Origin: Bacteroidota bacterium | GTDB lineage: Bacteria; Bacteroidota; Bacteroidia; Bacteroidales; FEN-979 | Length of the DNA stretch: 64,000 bases | Assembly (NCBI GenBank): GCA_037128705.1 | Contig: JBAXVX010000005.1 | Coordinates: forward strand, 34,155-98,154 | Direction: 5' to 3' | In this document: positions 30,032 to 38,701 of the stretch, piece after piece | How the letters are laid out: the number at the start of each line of letters is the position of its first letter | How positions within the stretch are numbered: the first letter of the stretch is position 1 | Position numbers and translations under genes: made by a program | The notes under the pieces: model-generated | What the model was told of the DNA's origin: nothing | The model's database searches: none | The model's input: only the letters and a program-made list of their open reading frames with translations

Positions 30032-33000
30032 ATGCAGAGGATATCAGTTGTCAGAATTTTTTGTTTTTTATCGATAATGTTTATTCTGCTCTTCGGCATT
30101 AACTCTTTTGCCCGAAATGCGCCCGTAACTACAGCTGCCATTAAACTGGCATGTCCGTCTTCGAGTACAGATGTCCCGATTACGGTTAACGGATTTACCA
30201 GTATTTGCGCAGTTACACTCAGGATTGAATATGATCCGACCAAAGCAACTTTTTCAAGTGCAGTCGGAAATTCAGCTCTGGCTGGAATAAGCATCACTTC
30301 AACAACCATAAGCCCCACCCTGGCAAAGATTATGGTTGTTTGGGCAGATTTAGCACCCGTCACCCTTCCTGCAAATGCAACACTGTTAACACTTACCATG
30401 AATTATATTGGCGGGTCAACAGATTTTACCTTCAACAACACATCCGGCAGTGGTGGCGACTGTGAATATGCGGATGAAGCCGGTTATGCAATGACTGACA
30501 CCCCCACTGCAAACTTCTATATCAATGGATCAATTAATAGTCTCGCAGTGGGTGCCACAGGCTCGATTACCGGATCAAGCGCGGTGTGTGCCGGAGCAAA
30601 TGCGGTCACCTATTCTGTTCCGCCGGTCACCAACGCCACTTCGTATACCTGGTCACTCCCTTCCGGTTTTAACATTGTCACCGGCTCAAATACCAATGCA
30701 ATAACAGTCAACGTTTCAGCTGCTGCCTCCTCCGGAAATATCTCTGTGACTCCATCCAACACCTGCGGTTCAGGAACGCCTTCGCCAAACTTTGCTGTAA
30801 CCGTAAATCCTGCATTACCTGTCAGCGTCGTGATTGCAGCCTCGGCAAACCCGGTTTGCGCAGGGACATCAGTCACCTTCACAGCAACACCCACCAACGG
30901 CGGAACAACCCCTGTTTATCAATGGAAGGTCAATGGTGTCAATACTGGCAGCAACAGTGCAACCTATGCTTATATTCCATCAAATAATGATGTGATCACC
31001 TGTGTGCTGACTTCAAATGCAACGCCATGCGCAACAGGTAGTCCGGCGACTTCCAATGCAATAACCATGGTTGTGAATGCGAATCTGCCGGTTAGTGTGG
31101 CAATTTCAGCGTCGGCCAACCCGGTTTGTGCAGGTACTTCAGTCACCTTCACGGCCACACCGGCTAACGGTGGCACCACGCCATCTTATCAATGGAAGGT
31201 TAACGGGACAAATGCAGGCACCAACATGGCAACCTATACATTCATCCCTGTAAATAATGATATAGTCATATGCATACTTACTTCTAACGCCACATGTGTT
31301 TCGGGTAATCCGGCTACATCCGGTGCTGTAACCATGACGGTTAACCCCCTTTTACCTGTCAGCGTTTCGGTCGCCGCTTCAGCAAACCCGGTTTGCGCCG
31401 GAACGTCAGTCTCGTTTACAGCAACTCCTATCAATGGAGGAACCGCCCCTTCCTATCAATGGAAAGTCAATGGAACCAATGCCGGTAGTAATATTTCAAC
31501 CTATTCTTATGTTCCGGTTAACAATGATGCGGTCATCTGTGTGTTGACCTCCAATGCTACCTGCCCGACAGGAAATCCTGCCACATCGAGTGCTGTGACC
31601 ATGATTGTCAACCCCCTGCTGCCAGTCGGTATATCCATTGCAGCTTCTGCCACTTCGGTATGCCCCGGGACAACGGTAACCTTCACGGCAACCCCCGTCA
31701 ACGGAGGCTCGACCCCGGTTTATCAATGGAAGGTCAATGGAATCAATGTGGGAACCAACAGTGTCACCTATGCCTATGTTCCTTTAAACAATGATGTGGT
31801 TACCTGTATACTGACATCCAATGCAACACCCTGTGCGACGGGAAGCCCGGCTACATCCAACGCAATAACCATGGCTGTCAGTACGAATCTGCCGGTCAGC
31901 ATTTCGATTGCAGCCTCAGCCAACCCGGTTTGTGCCGGCATTCCGGTCACCTTCACGGCCACGCCTGCCAATGGCGGAACGGCTCCTTCCTATCAATGGA
32001 AGGTTAACGGGACAAATGCGGGAACCAACATTCCAACCTATACCTATAATCCTGCAAATAATGATGTGGTTACCTGCCTGTTGACTTCCAATGCAGAATG
32101 TGTTTCAGGTAATCCGGCCACATCCAACCCGGTAACCATGACGGTTAATGCCAATCTCCCGGTCAGTGTATCGATTGCCGCCTCGGCCAATCCTGTTTGT
32201 GCCGGCACTTCGGTTACCTTTACTTCCACTCCGGTCAATGGCGGCACAGCCCCGGTATATCAGTGGATCGTCAATGGGACCAATGTGGGAACCAACAATG
32301 CCACCTATTCATACATTCCGGCCAACAATGACCAGGTTACCTGTGTGCTGACATCCAATGTAACCTGTCCAACAGGAAACCCAGCCACATCCAATGCAGT
32401 GACCATGACGGTGAACCCACAACTGCCGGTCAGTGTGTGGATAGCAGCATCTGCAAACCCGGTTTGCCCGGGGAATACCGTCATTTTCACAGCCACACCG
32501 ACCAATGGGGGCACAGCCCCAATTTACCAGTGGCGGGTCAACGGAACCAACACAGGATCCAATAGCCCGGTTTATACCTATATTCCTGCTGACAATGATG
32601 AGGTTTCCTGCATTCTGACCTCCAATGCGGCACCATGCGCCTCTGGGAATCCGGCCACATCGAATGCAATTATAATGACCATCAATTCGAGTCTGCCAGC
32701 CAGTGTGGCGGTATCAGCTTCTTCCAATCCGGCGTGTACGGGAAACGCTGTCACCTTTACAGCCATACCGACCAATGGAGGTCCGACGCCCTTGTACCAG
32801 TGGAATGTCAACGGGACCAATGTCGGCACCAACAATGCGGTCTATGCGTATGCTCCTGTATCCGGCGATGTGGTTTATGTCGTGATGACTTCAAGCCTGA
32901 CCTGTGCAACTGGGAATCCAGCCACATCAAACCAGGTTACGATGACTGTAAACCCGGTTCCTCCAGCTCCGCTGGTTACCTCCATCAGTGACACTCTGAG

Positions 33001-33436
33001 TAGTTCTGCCCCGGATGGCAACCAGTGGTACTTTGAAGGCAATCCCATTTCCGGGGCTACCGGTCAAATTCATGTTGCTACCCTGACCGGCTGGTACTGG
33101 AGCATTGTCACCTTAAACGGATGTCAATCCGACACTTCAAATCATGAGTATGTGATTGTAACCGGGATTGAAGAAATCAGGACGACTTCGGTAAAAGTAT
33201 TTCCTGTTCCAAATAATGGAAAGTTCAAGGTTTCAATTGCAACTCAGACTCCGCAAAGGATGACCCTGGTAGTCTGTAATCGGCTGGGCCAGTGCATTGG
33301 AAAACCAATTGAAATAATCGTGAATAATTCTTATGAACAAGAGTTAGATTTCCGCCCTTTACCAGTTGGAGTCTACTTCCTGGAAATCAGAAATTCCGAA
33401 CAACGGATCGTCCGTAAAATATTGGTCAACAGGTAG
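30032..33436 (+). CDS. T9SS-secreted surface protein: cohesin-like domain + PKD-like domain + 8 tandem ~90-aa Ig-like repeats + T9SS CTD
   Basis: Signal peptide MQRISVVRIFCFLSIMFILLFG. Cohesin-like ITVNGFTSICAVTLRIEYDPTKATFS. PKD-like CAGANAVTYSVP..TSYTWSLPSGF. Eight repeats LPVSV.IAASANPVCAG..VTFTATP.NGG..P.YQWKVNG.N.G.... C-terminal VKVFPVPNNGKFKV...VYFLEIRN is the sorting domain. Confidence 0.8.
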   Translation: MQRISVVRIFCFLSIMFILLFGINSFARNAPVTTAAIKLACPSSSTDVPITVNGFTSICAVTLRIEYDPTKATFSSAVGNSALAGISITSTTISPTLAKIMVVWADLAPVTLPANATLLTLTMNYIGGSTDFTFNNTSGSGGDCEYADEAGYAMTDTPTANFYINGSINSLAVGATGSITGSSAVCAGANAVTYSVPPVTNATSYTWSLPSGFNIVTGSNTNAITVNVSAAASSGNISVTPSNTCGSGTPSPNFAVTVNPALPVSVVIAASANPVCAGTSVTFTATPTNGGTTPVYQWKVNGVNTGSNSATYAYIPSNNDVITCVLTSNATPCATGSPATSNAITMVVNANLPVSVAISASANPVCAGTSVTFTATPANGGTTPSYQWKVNGTNAGTNMATYTFIPVNNDIVICILTSNATCVSGNPATSGAVTMTVNPLLPVSVSVAASANPVCAGTSVSFTATPINGGTAPSYQWKVNGTNAGSNISTYSYVPVNNDAVICVLTSNATCPTGNPATSSAVTMIVNPLLPVGISIAASATSVCPGTTVTFTATPVNGGSTPVYQWKVNGINVGTNSVTYAYVPLNNDVVTCILTSNATPCATGSPATSNAITMAVSTNLPVSISIAASANPVCAGIPVTFTATPANGGTAPSYQWKVNGTNAGTNIPTYTYNPANNDVVTCLLTSNAECVSGNPATSNPVTMTVNANLPVSVSIAASANPVCAGTSVTFTSTPVNGGTAPVYQWIVNGTNVGTNNATYSYIPANNDQVTCVLTSNVTCPTGNPATSNAVTMTVNPQLPVSVWIAASANPVCPGNTVIFTATPTNGGTAPIYQWRVNGTNTGSNSPVYTYIPADNDEVSCILTSNAAPCASGNPATSNAIIMTINSSLPASVAVSASSNPACTGNAVTFTAIPTNGGPTPLYQWNVNGTNVGTNNAVYAYAPVSGDVVYVVMTSSLTCATGNPATSNQVTMTVNPVPPAPLVTSISDTLSSSAPDGNQWYFEGNPISGATGQIHVATLTGWYWSIVTLNGCQSDTSNHEYVIVTGIEEIRTTSVKVFPVPNNGKFKVSIATQTPQRMTLVVCNRLGQCIGKPIEIIVNNSYEQELDFRPLPVGVYFLEIRNSEQRIVRKILVNR
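30815..32960 (+). repeat. 8 tandem coding repeats of 267-270 bp
   Basis: Unit starts (the LPVS codons) are at about 30815, 31085, 31352, 31619, 31889, 32156, 32423 and 32693. The antisense ORFs in the track are shadows of these units. Confidence 0.9.
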
Positions 33437-33597
33437 TCCATCTTTTTCATTTATTGTTTTTATATCACATTGACATATATCAATCTATTCCTTGATATTT
33501 GATAGTGTCATTTTATTATATTACACATAATCAATGAATTAGAATAATATATCGGAATCGCATTGTATGTCGTGTTAGGTTGTTCCAGATTAATTTT

Positions 33598-33605
33598 TAA
33601 CTTTG
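33598..33605 (+). promoter_or_regulatory. candidate -7 box TAACTTTG upstream of nuoA
   Basis: Matches TAnnTTTG, 27 nt upstream of the ATG at 33632. Confidence 0.4.
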
Positions 33606-33614
33606 CGCTCATCT

Positions 33615-33632
33615 CTGTTAAAAGATTCACTA
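33615..33632 (+). promoter_or_regulatory. dyad CTGTTAA-aaga-TTCACTA (Rex/CRP-like TGT-N10-AC geometry) in nuoA leader
   Basis: Read directly. Lies between the -7 box and the start codon. It has the same left half-site and spacing as the dyad upstream of hdrC. Confidence 0.35.
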
Positions 33633-33982
33633 TGAGTGCTGAAAGTCTGATTCTTTTCTTTATCGTTGGGGCTTTTCTGGTGGGGTTTGCCATTGTGTTC
33701 TCCATTTTTGTTGCCCCAACCTCAACCAATCCTCAAAAAGCCGAGCCCTATGAATGCGGCATTCCCACTGAAGGGCTGACCTGGCTTCAATTCAACGTGG
33801 GGTATTATTTGTTCGCCATTATCTTCCTGGTGTTTGATGTTGAAAGTGTTTTCATTTTCCCCTGGGCCGTGGTGATGAAAGAGTTGGGAATGACTGCCTT
33901 TATTGAGATCGTCATTTTCTTTTTTGTATTGGGATTGGGCCTGCTATATGCCTGGAAGAAAGGAGCTTTGAAATGGGAATAA
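33632..33982 (+). CDS. nuoA: NADH-quinone oxidoreductase subunit A
   Basis: 3-TM protein with the PYECG motif. The internal ATG at 33632 is preferred. Confidence 0.9.
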   Translation: MSAESLILFFIVGAFLVGFAIVFSIFVAPTSTNPQKAEPYECGIPTEGLTWLQFNVGYYLFAIIFLVFDVESVFIFPWAVVMKELGMTAFIEIVIFFFVLGLGLLYAWKKGALKWE

Positions 33983-34524
33983 AAAACATGAAGGAAGCGG
34001 ATTTCCGCGATAATGAAACCCTTGAACTTTTTAAGAAATCCGGTGGAAATATCTTACTGACAACGGTTGATGCCATGATTGACTGGGGTCGTTCCAACTC
34101 AATCTGGCCGCTGACGTTTGCAACAAGTTGCTGTGGCATCGAAATGATGGCCACCGGAGCTTCCCGTCACGATTTTGCCCGTTTCGGGATTGAAGTTTAC
34201 CGGGCTTCGCCCCGGCAGGCTGATGTGATTGTTGTGGCCGGAACCGTTGTGAACAAGATGGCCCCTGTCCTCAAGCGGTTATATGACCAGATGTCGGATC
34301 CCAAATATGTGATCGCCATGGGCGCCTGTGCAGTTTCCGGCGGACCCTTTTATTATAATTCCTATCACGTTGTGCGTGGTGTCGACCACGTAATCCCCGT
34401 CGATGTATATGTTCCCGGCTGTCCGCCACGTCCTGAAGCCCTGCTTTACGGCGTGATGCAACTCCAGCGCAAGATCAAGCTGGAATCGATGTCAAGTCCG
34501 AGACAAACTGTTGAATTAAAATAG
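33973..34524 (+). CDS. nuoB: NADH-quinone oxidoreductase subunit B
   Basis: N2 cluster ligands [17 protein letters not shown] and PGCPPRPE. Confidence 0.95.
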   Translation: MGIKNMKEADFRDNETLELFKKSGGNILLTTVDAMIDWGRSNSIWPLTFATSCCGIEMMATGASRHDFARFGIEVYRASPRQADVIVVAGTVVNKMAPVLKRLYDQMSDPKYVIAMGACAVSGGPFYYNSYHVVRGVDHVIPVDVYVPGCPPRPEALLYGVMQLQRKIKLESMSSPRQTVELK

Positions 34525-34537
34525 ATAATTTCCCAAG

Positions 34538-34996
34538 ATGGATAACGCAGTATTGAAGGAGCGTATTCTGGGTTTGGTTCCCGACGCAGAATACCAGGAA
34601 AATAAACAATTTCTTACCTTCATCATTCCGCCGGCAAAAATGCATGACCTGGCATTCAAACTTAAATCCGAATCCGACCTGGCATTCGATTATCTCTTTT
34701 GCCTGACAGGGGTTGACATGGTGAAATTCCTTGAAGTGGTGTACCACCTCGAATCGACCACCCATCAACATCAGCTGGAGCTCAAAGTTCGCACCGATGA
34801 TCGCGTAAACGGCGCGGTTGATACCGTATGCGACATCTGGAGAACGGCTGAATTTCACGAGCGGGAGATCTTCGACCTGTTGGGAATCCGGTTCACGAAC
34901 CATCCCGACCTGCGCCGGCTCTTCCTTGAAGAGGACTGGAAAGGGCACCCGCTCCGCAAAGATTATGTTGATGAAGTTAATATCGTAGAACTTTAA
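34538..34996 (+). CDS. nuoC: NADH-quinone oxidoreductase subunit C
   Basis: WRTAEFHEREIFDLLGIRFTNHPDLRRL is the typical NuoC core. Confidence 0.9.
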   Translation: MDNAVLKERILGLVPDAEYQENKQFLTFIIPPAKMHDLAFKLKSESDLAFDYLFCLTGVDMVKFLEVVYHLESTTHQHQLELKVRTDDRVNGAVDTVCDIWRTAEFHEREIFDLLGIRFTNHPDLRRLFLEEDWKGHPLRKDYVDEVNIVEL

Positions 34997-34999
34997 GGT

Positions 35000-36127
35000 A
35001 TGAAAGAGATCATTAACCTGCCTGTCAAGAATGTTGAGGAGGAGGAATACCATATTAATATGGGGCCGCAGCACCCCTCAACCCATGGTGTATTGCGGCT
35101 GGTTGTTTCACTCCAGGGCGAGATCGTCAAAAACCTGAAGCCTCATTGCGGTTATATCCACCGCGGCATCGAAAAGATGTGTGAAAAGGACACCTATCCC
35201 CAGATCATACATCTTACCGACCGGATGGATTACCTTTCGGCACACATCAATAACCACGCAGTGTGCCTGCTGGTTGAAAAGGCCCTGGAGGTTGAAGTCC
35301 CCGAACGGGTGAAGTACATCAGGACCATCATCGATGAGCTCAACCGCATTGCTTCCCACCAGTTGTGGTGGTGCAGCTTCGGCATGGACATGGGCGGACT
35401 GACCTGCTTCTTTTACGGCCTCCGCGACCGTGAAAAAATCCTTGACATTTTCGAGGAATCCTTCGGGTCAAGATTGCTGCATAGTTATTATACCCCGGGC
35501 GGACTCATGATGGACATTCATCCTGATTTCCAGAAGAACGTCAAGGCCTTCATTAAATATTTCCGCAAAAAGATCAAGGATTATGATGATCTGCTCACAG
35601 GCAACATCATCATGCAACTCCGTACCAAAGGGGTTGGCATTCTTTCGAAGGAAGATGCCATCAGTTATGGTGTTACCGGCCCTTCGGGACGTGCATCCGG
35701 TTTTTCATGTGATGTTCGCAAACACCATCCGTATGGCGTTTATGATAAGGCCGATTTCAAGGAAATTCTAGGAACCACGGGCGATACATTCGAACGTTAC
35801 ATGATGAGGATGCATGAGATGCATGAATCAATGAAGATCATCGAGCAGCTCATCGACAACATTCCGGCAGGTGACTATGCTGCCAAGATGAAAGCGGTGC
35901 TCAAACTGCCTGCCGGGGAATATTTCCAGCGGGTTGAGGCTGCACGCGGCGAGTTGGGGGTGTATGTTGTGAGTGATGGCAACAAGAGTCCTTACCGCAT
36001 GAAATTCCGTTCTCCGAATTTTTCAAACCTGAGCGTACTGGATCATATCAGCCGCGGCTGTAAAATCGCCGACCTGGTTGCCATCGGAGGTTCGTTAGAC
36101 TATGTTATACCGGATATTGACAGATAA
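35000..36127 (+). CDS. nuoD: NADH-quinone oxidoreductase subunit D
   Basis: [14 protein letters not shown], plus [11 protein letters not shown] and the C-terminal VIPDIDR. Confidence 0.95.
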   Translation: MKEIINLPVKNVEEEEYHINMGPQHPSTHGVLRLVVSLQGEIVKNLKPHCGYIHRGIEKMCEKDTYPQIIHLTDRMDYLSAHINNHAVCLLVEKALEVEVPERVKYIRTIIDELNRIASHQLWWCSFGMDMGGLTCFFYGLRDREKILDIFEESFGSRLLHSYYTPGGLMMDIHPDFQKNVKAFIKYFRKKIKDYDDLLTGNIIMQLRTKGVGILSKEDAISYGVTGPSGRASGFSCDVRKHHPYGVYDKADFKEILGTTGDTFERYMMRMHEMHESMKIIEQLIDNIPAGDYAAKMKAVLKLPAGEYFQRVEAARGELGVYVVSDGNKSPYRMKFRSPNFSNLSVLDHISRGCKIADLVAIGGSLDYVIPDIDR

Positions 36128-36134
36128 TAAAACT

Positions 36135-37223
36135 ATGAATTTCAGCATCTACGACTTTACGTCGTTCACACAATGGATCGATAAGTTCCTTTACGACAAC
36201 CTGCCGGCTTTCTGGGCCGTTGTCGTGGAAATGACCATCATCGGCATAGTAGTACTGCTCTTTTATGCGCTGGTTGGACTTTTCCTCGTGTATGCCGAAC
36301 GCAAGGTTTGTGCATTCATGCAGAACAGGGTAGGGCCGAACAGGGTAGGCCCGTATGGATTTTTCCAGACCATTGCCGACCTGTTCAAGCTGCTCATGAA
36401 GGAGTTGGTGTATATCAAGAATGCAGACAAACTGCTGTTCAACATTGCGCCGTTCATCGTGATCATCGCCTCATTCATGGCCATTGCAGCCATTCCGTTT
36501 GCCAAAGGGCTTCACGCCATCGATTTTGACATCGGCATCCTTTACGTGATCGCAGTATCATCCCTGGGCGTGGTGGGAATCCTCTTAGCCGGCTGGTCAA
36601 GCAACAACAAGTATTCTCTTATCGGCGCCATGCGGTCAGGAGCCCAGATCGTGAGTTATGAACTTTCGGTGGGCCTGTCGCTCGTTACCATCATCATCCT
36701 GGCCGGGACCATGCAGTTTTCAGCAATCGTTGAAGGACAGGCCAACGGATGGTTCATTTTCAAGGGCCATATCCCGGCTTTCATCGCCTTCATCGTGTTC
36801 CTGATCGCAAGTACGGCCGAAACCAACCGTGGTCCCTTCGACCTGGCGGAAGCTGAATCGGAGTTAACTGCAGGGTTCCACACCGAATATTCCGGGATTA
36901 AGTTTGCCTTTTTCTTCCTGGCCGAATATATGAACATGTTCATCGTGGCCTCCATTGCAGCGACTGTTTTCCTTGGCGGCTGGATGCCGTTCCATGTTGG
37001 CGGATGGGCAGGATTTAATCATATCATGGATTTCATCCCTCCATTTATATGGTATATCGGAAAAACTTTCTTTGTGATCTGGGTGATGATGTGGTTCAAA
37101 TGGACCTTCCCGAGGTTAAGGATCGACCAGTTATTGACCCTGGAATGGAAATACCTTTTACCCATCAACCTGGTCAATATTCTTATCATGGCATTTATCG
37201 TATTAATGGGTTGGCATTTTTAG
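36135..37223 (+). CDS. nuoH: NADH-quinone oxidoreductase subunit H
   Basis: [20 protein letters not shown], and [26 protein letters not shown]. It starts 8 nt after the nuoD stop, so no nuoEFG lies between them. Confidence 0.95.
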   Translation: MNFSIYDFTSFTQWIDKFLYDNLPAFWAVVVEMTIIGIVVLLFYALVGLFLVYAERKVCAFMQNRVGPNRVGPYGFFQTIADLFKLLMKELVYIKNADKLLFNIAPFIVIIASFMAIAAIPFAKGLHAIDFDIGILYVIAVSSLGVVGILLAGWSSNNKYSLIGAMRSGAQIVSYELSVGLSLVTIIILAGTMQFSAIVEGQANGWFIFKGHIPAFIAFIVFLIASTAETNRGPFDLAEAESELTAGFHTEYSGIKFAFFFLAEYMNMFIVASIAATVFLGGWMPFHVGGWAGFNHIMDFIPPFIWYIGKTFFVIWVMMWFKWTFPRLRIDQLLTLEWKYLLPINLVNILIMAFIVLMGWHF

Positions 37224-37230
37224 AAAAACT

Positions 37231-37713
37231 ATGAACAGCTTTTTCACATACTTTACAGATATCTTTCACGCGGTTAAATCGCTCCTTACGGGGATGAAGG
37301 TGACCGGAAGATACTTCTTCAGCCCCTGGGAGATCGTAACCCAGCAGTATCCGGAAAACCGGAAGACACTGAAAATGTACGACCGGTTCAAAGGTGAAGT
37401 GATCATGCCGCACAATGAGCGCAACGAACATCGCTGTACCGGGTGCGGAATCTGCGAGACGGCTTGCCCCAATGGTTCAATTGAGATCCTTCAGGCGAAG
37501 ATCGACATGCCCGATGGCAAAAAGAAACGCATCATCGACCAGCATATTTACCACCTTGGCATGTGCACCTTCTGCGGACTCTGCATCAAGGCCTGCCCGT
37601 CGGATGCACTGGCCTGGGGTCAGCAGTTCGAACATGCGGTATTTGACCGGTCGAAACTGACCAAAATCTTGAATCAACCCGGATCATCCATCATTAAAGA
37701 TATTGTAGAATGA
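37231..37713 (+). CDS. nuoI: NADH-quinone oxidoreductase subunit I
   Basis: Two 4Fe-4S motifs, CTGCGICETACP and CTFCGLCIKACP. Confidence 0.9.
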   Translation: MNSFFTYFTDIFHAVKSLLTGMKVTGRYFFSPWEIVTQQYPENRKTLKMYDRFKGEVIMPHNERNEHRCTGCGICETACPNGSIEILQAKIDMPDGKKKRIIDQHIYHLGMCTFCGLCIKACPSDALAWGQQFEHAVFDRSKLTKILNQPGSSIIKDIVE

Positions 37714-38222
37714 CACCAAATCAATTGATGTTTGCGATCTTCTCGGCAGTCATTATCATTTTTTCCATTTTGACTGTGACCAGCCGGCGCATCCTACGGT
37801 CGGCCACCTACCTTTTATTTGTCCTGGTAGCGACCGGCGGTATGTACTTCCTGCTGAGGTTTAATTTCCTGGCTGCCATTCAGCTTACCCTTTATGCAGG
37901 TGGGATTGTGGTGCTGATCATTTTTTCAATCCTCCTTACCAGTCATATTGCAGAAAAACTGGAAGCACCGAGCCTGAAAAAAATAATCCCGGCTTTTTTA
38001 GCGGCTGCCGGGGGTGCCCTGATTACCATTGCAACCATCCTTCAGCATACTTTTCCTGCGGCGGTTGCATCGGGAAGTGAACGTACCGACATCCGCGTGA
38101 TCGCACGGAGCCTGATCAGTACGGAGAAATTCGGATATGCCCTGCCCTTCGAAGTGATCAGCATCCTTTTGCTGGCCGCCATGGTGGGAGCCATCATCCT
38201 TGCAAAGAAACGGAAAGATTAA
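37710..38222 (+). CDS. nuoJ: NADH-quinone oxidoreductase subunit J
   Basis: 5-TM protein. Operon position and ATGA overlap with nuoI support the call. Confidence 0.85.
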   Translation: MTPNQLMFAIFSAVIIIFSILTVTSRRILRSATYLLFVLVATGGMYFLLRFNFLAAIQLTLYAGGIVVLIIFSILLTSHIAEKLEAPSLKKIIPAFLAAAGGALITIATILQHTFPAAVASGSERTDIRVIARSLISTEKFGYALPFEVISILLLAAMVGAIILAKKRKD

Positions 38223-38242
38223 TAAAATAACACCCAGATAAT

Positions 38243-38560
38243 ATGTTCGAAGGCGTACCATTAACCTGGTTTTTGATTACCGGCACCATCATGTTCTTTG
38301 TCGGTATTTATGGATTCCTGGTCAGGAAAAACCTGATCACGATCCTGATGTCGACCGAGTTGATCCTGAATTCAGTCAACATAAACTTTGTTGCTTTTAA
38401 CAAGATCCTTTACCCGGATCACCTGGAGGGGATGTTCTTCAGTATTTTCATCATTGCAGTTGCCGCAGCGGAAGCATCGGTGGCCATCGCCATCATCATC
38501 AACATTTACCGCCGACTGGTCGACATCAATGTAGAGAAGATGAATGAAATGAAATATTAG
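38243..38560 (+). CDS. nuoK: NADH-quinone oxidoreductase subunit K
   Basis: 105 aa, 3 TM segments, conserved Glu residues (STELILNS..., AAAEASVAIAII). Confidence 0.9.
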   Translation: MFEGVPLTWFLITGTIMFFVGIYGFLVRKNLITILMSTELILNSVNINFVAFNKILYPDHLEGMFFSIFIIAVAAAEASVAIAIIINIYRRLVDINVEKMNEMKY

Positions 38561-38632
38561 GGGTTAGGAATTAGCCAATAGCCATTAGGGAAAAAGAAAG
38601 CCCCAATGACCAATGGCCAAAGCCTGATGCCT
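38556..38632. repeat. 7-nt periodic block, 11 units, overlapping nuoK stop and filling the nuoK-nuoL spacer
   Basis: ATTAGGG GTTAGGA ATTAGCC AATAGCC ATTAGGG AAAAAGA AAGCCCC AATGACC AATGGCC AAAGCCT GATGCCT. The 13-mer GACCAATGGCCAA (38608..38620) recurs as its reverse complement at 12893..12905. Confidence 0.8.
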
Positions 38633-38701
38633 TTTTTAAAGCAAACGAGCGAATAATAAACGAATACAATTATTAGAATAACACCGTAATTCTGACCGTA
38701 T

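Noticed and set aside
30610-32835. Series of ~65-95-aa minus-strand ORFs, and the regular ~270-bp repeats as a possible CRISPR-like or mobile array
   Set aside because: The periodicity is that of coding repeats in one continuous 1134-aa + strand ORF. There are no short direct repeats with unique spacers, and the minus ORFs are repeat shadows.
34475-35074. 199-aa minus-strand ORF overlapping nuoC/nuoD
   Set aside because: Fully antisense to strongly conserved nuo genes, with no motifs. It is a shadow ORF. The same reasoning applies to 44103..44693, 49368..50003, 52027..52689, 54572..55273 and 6931..7437.
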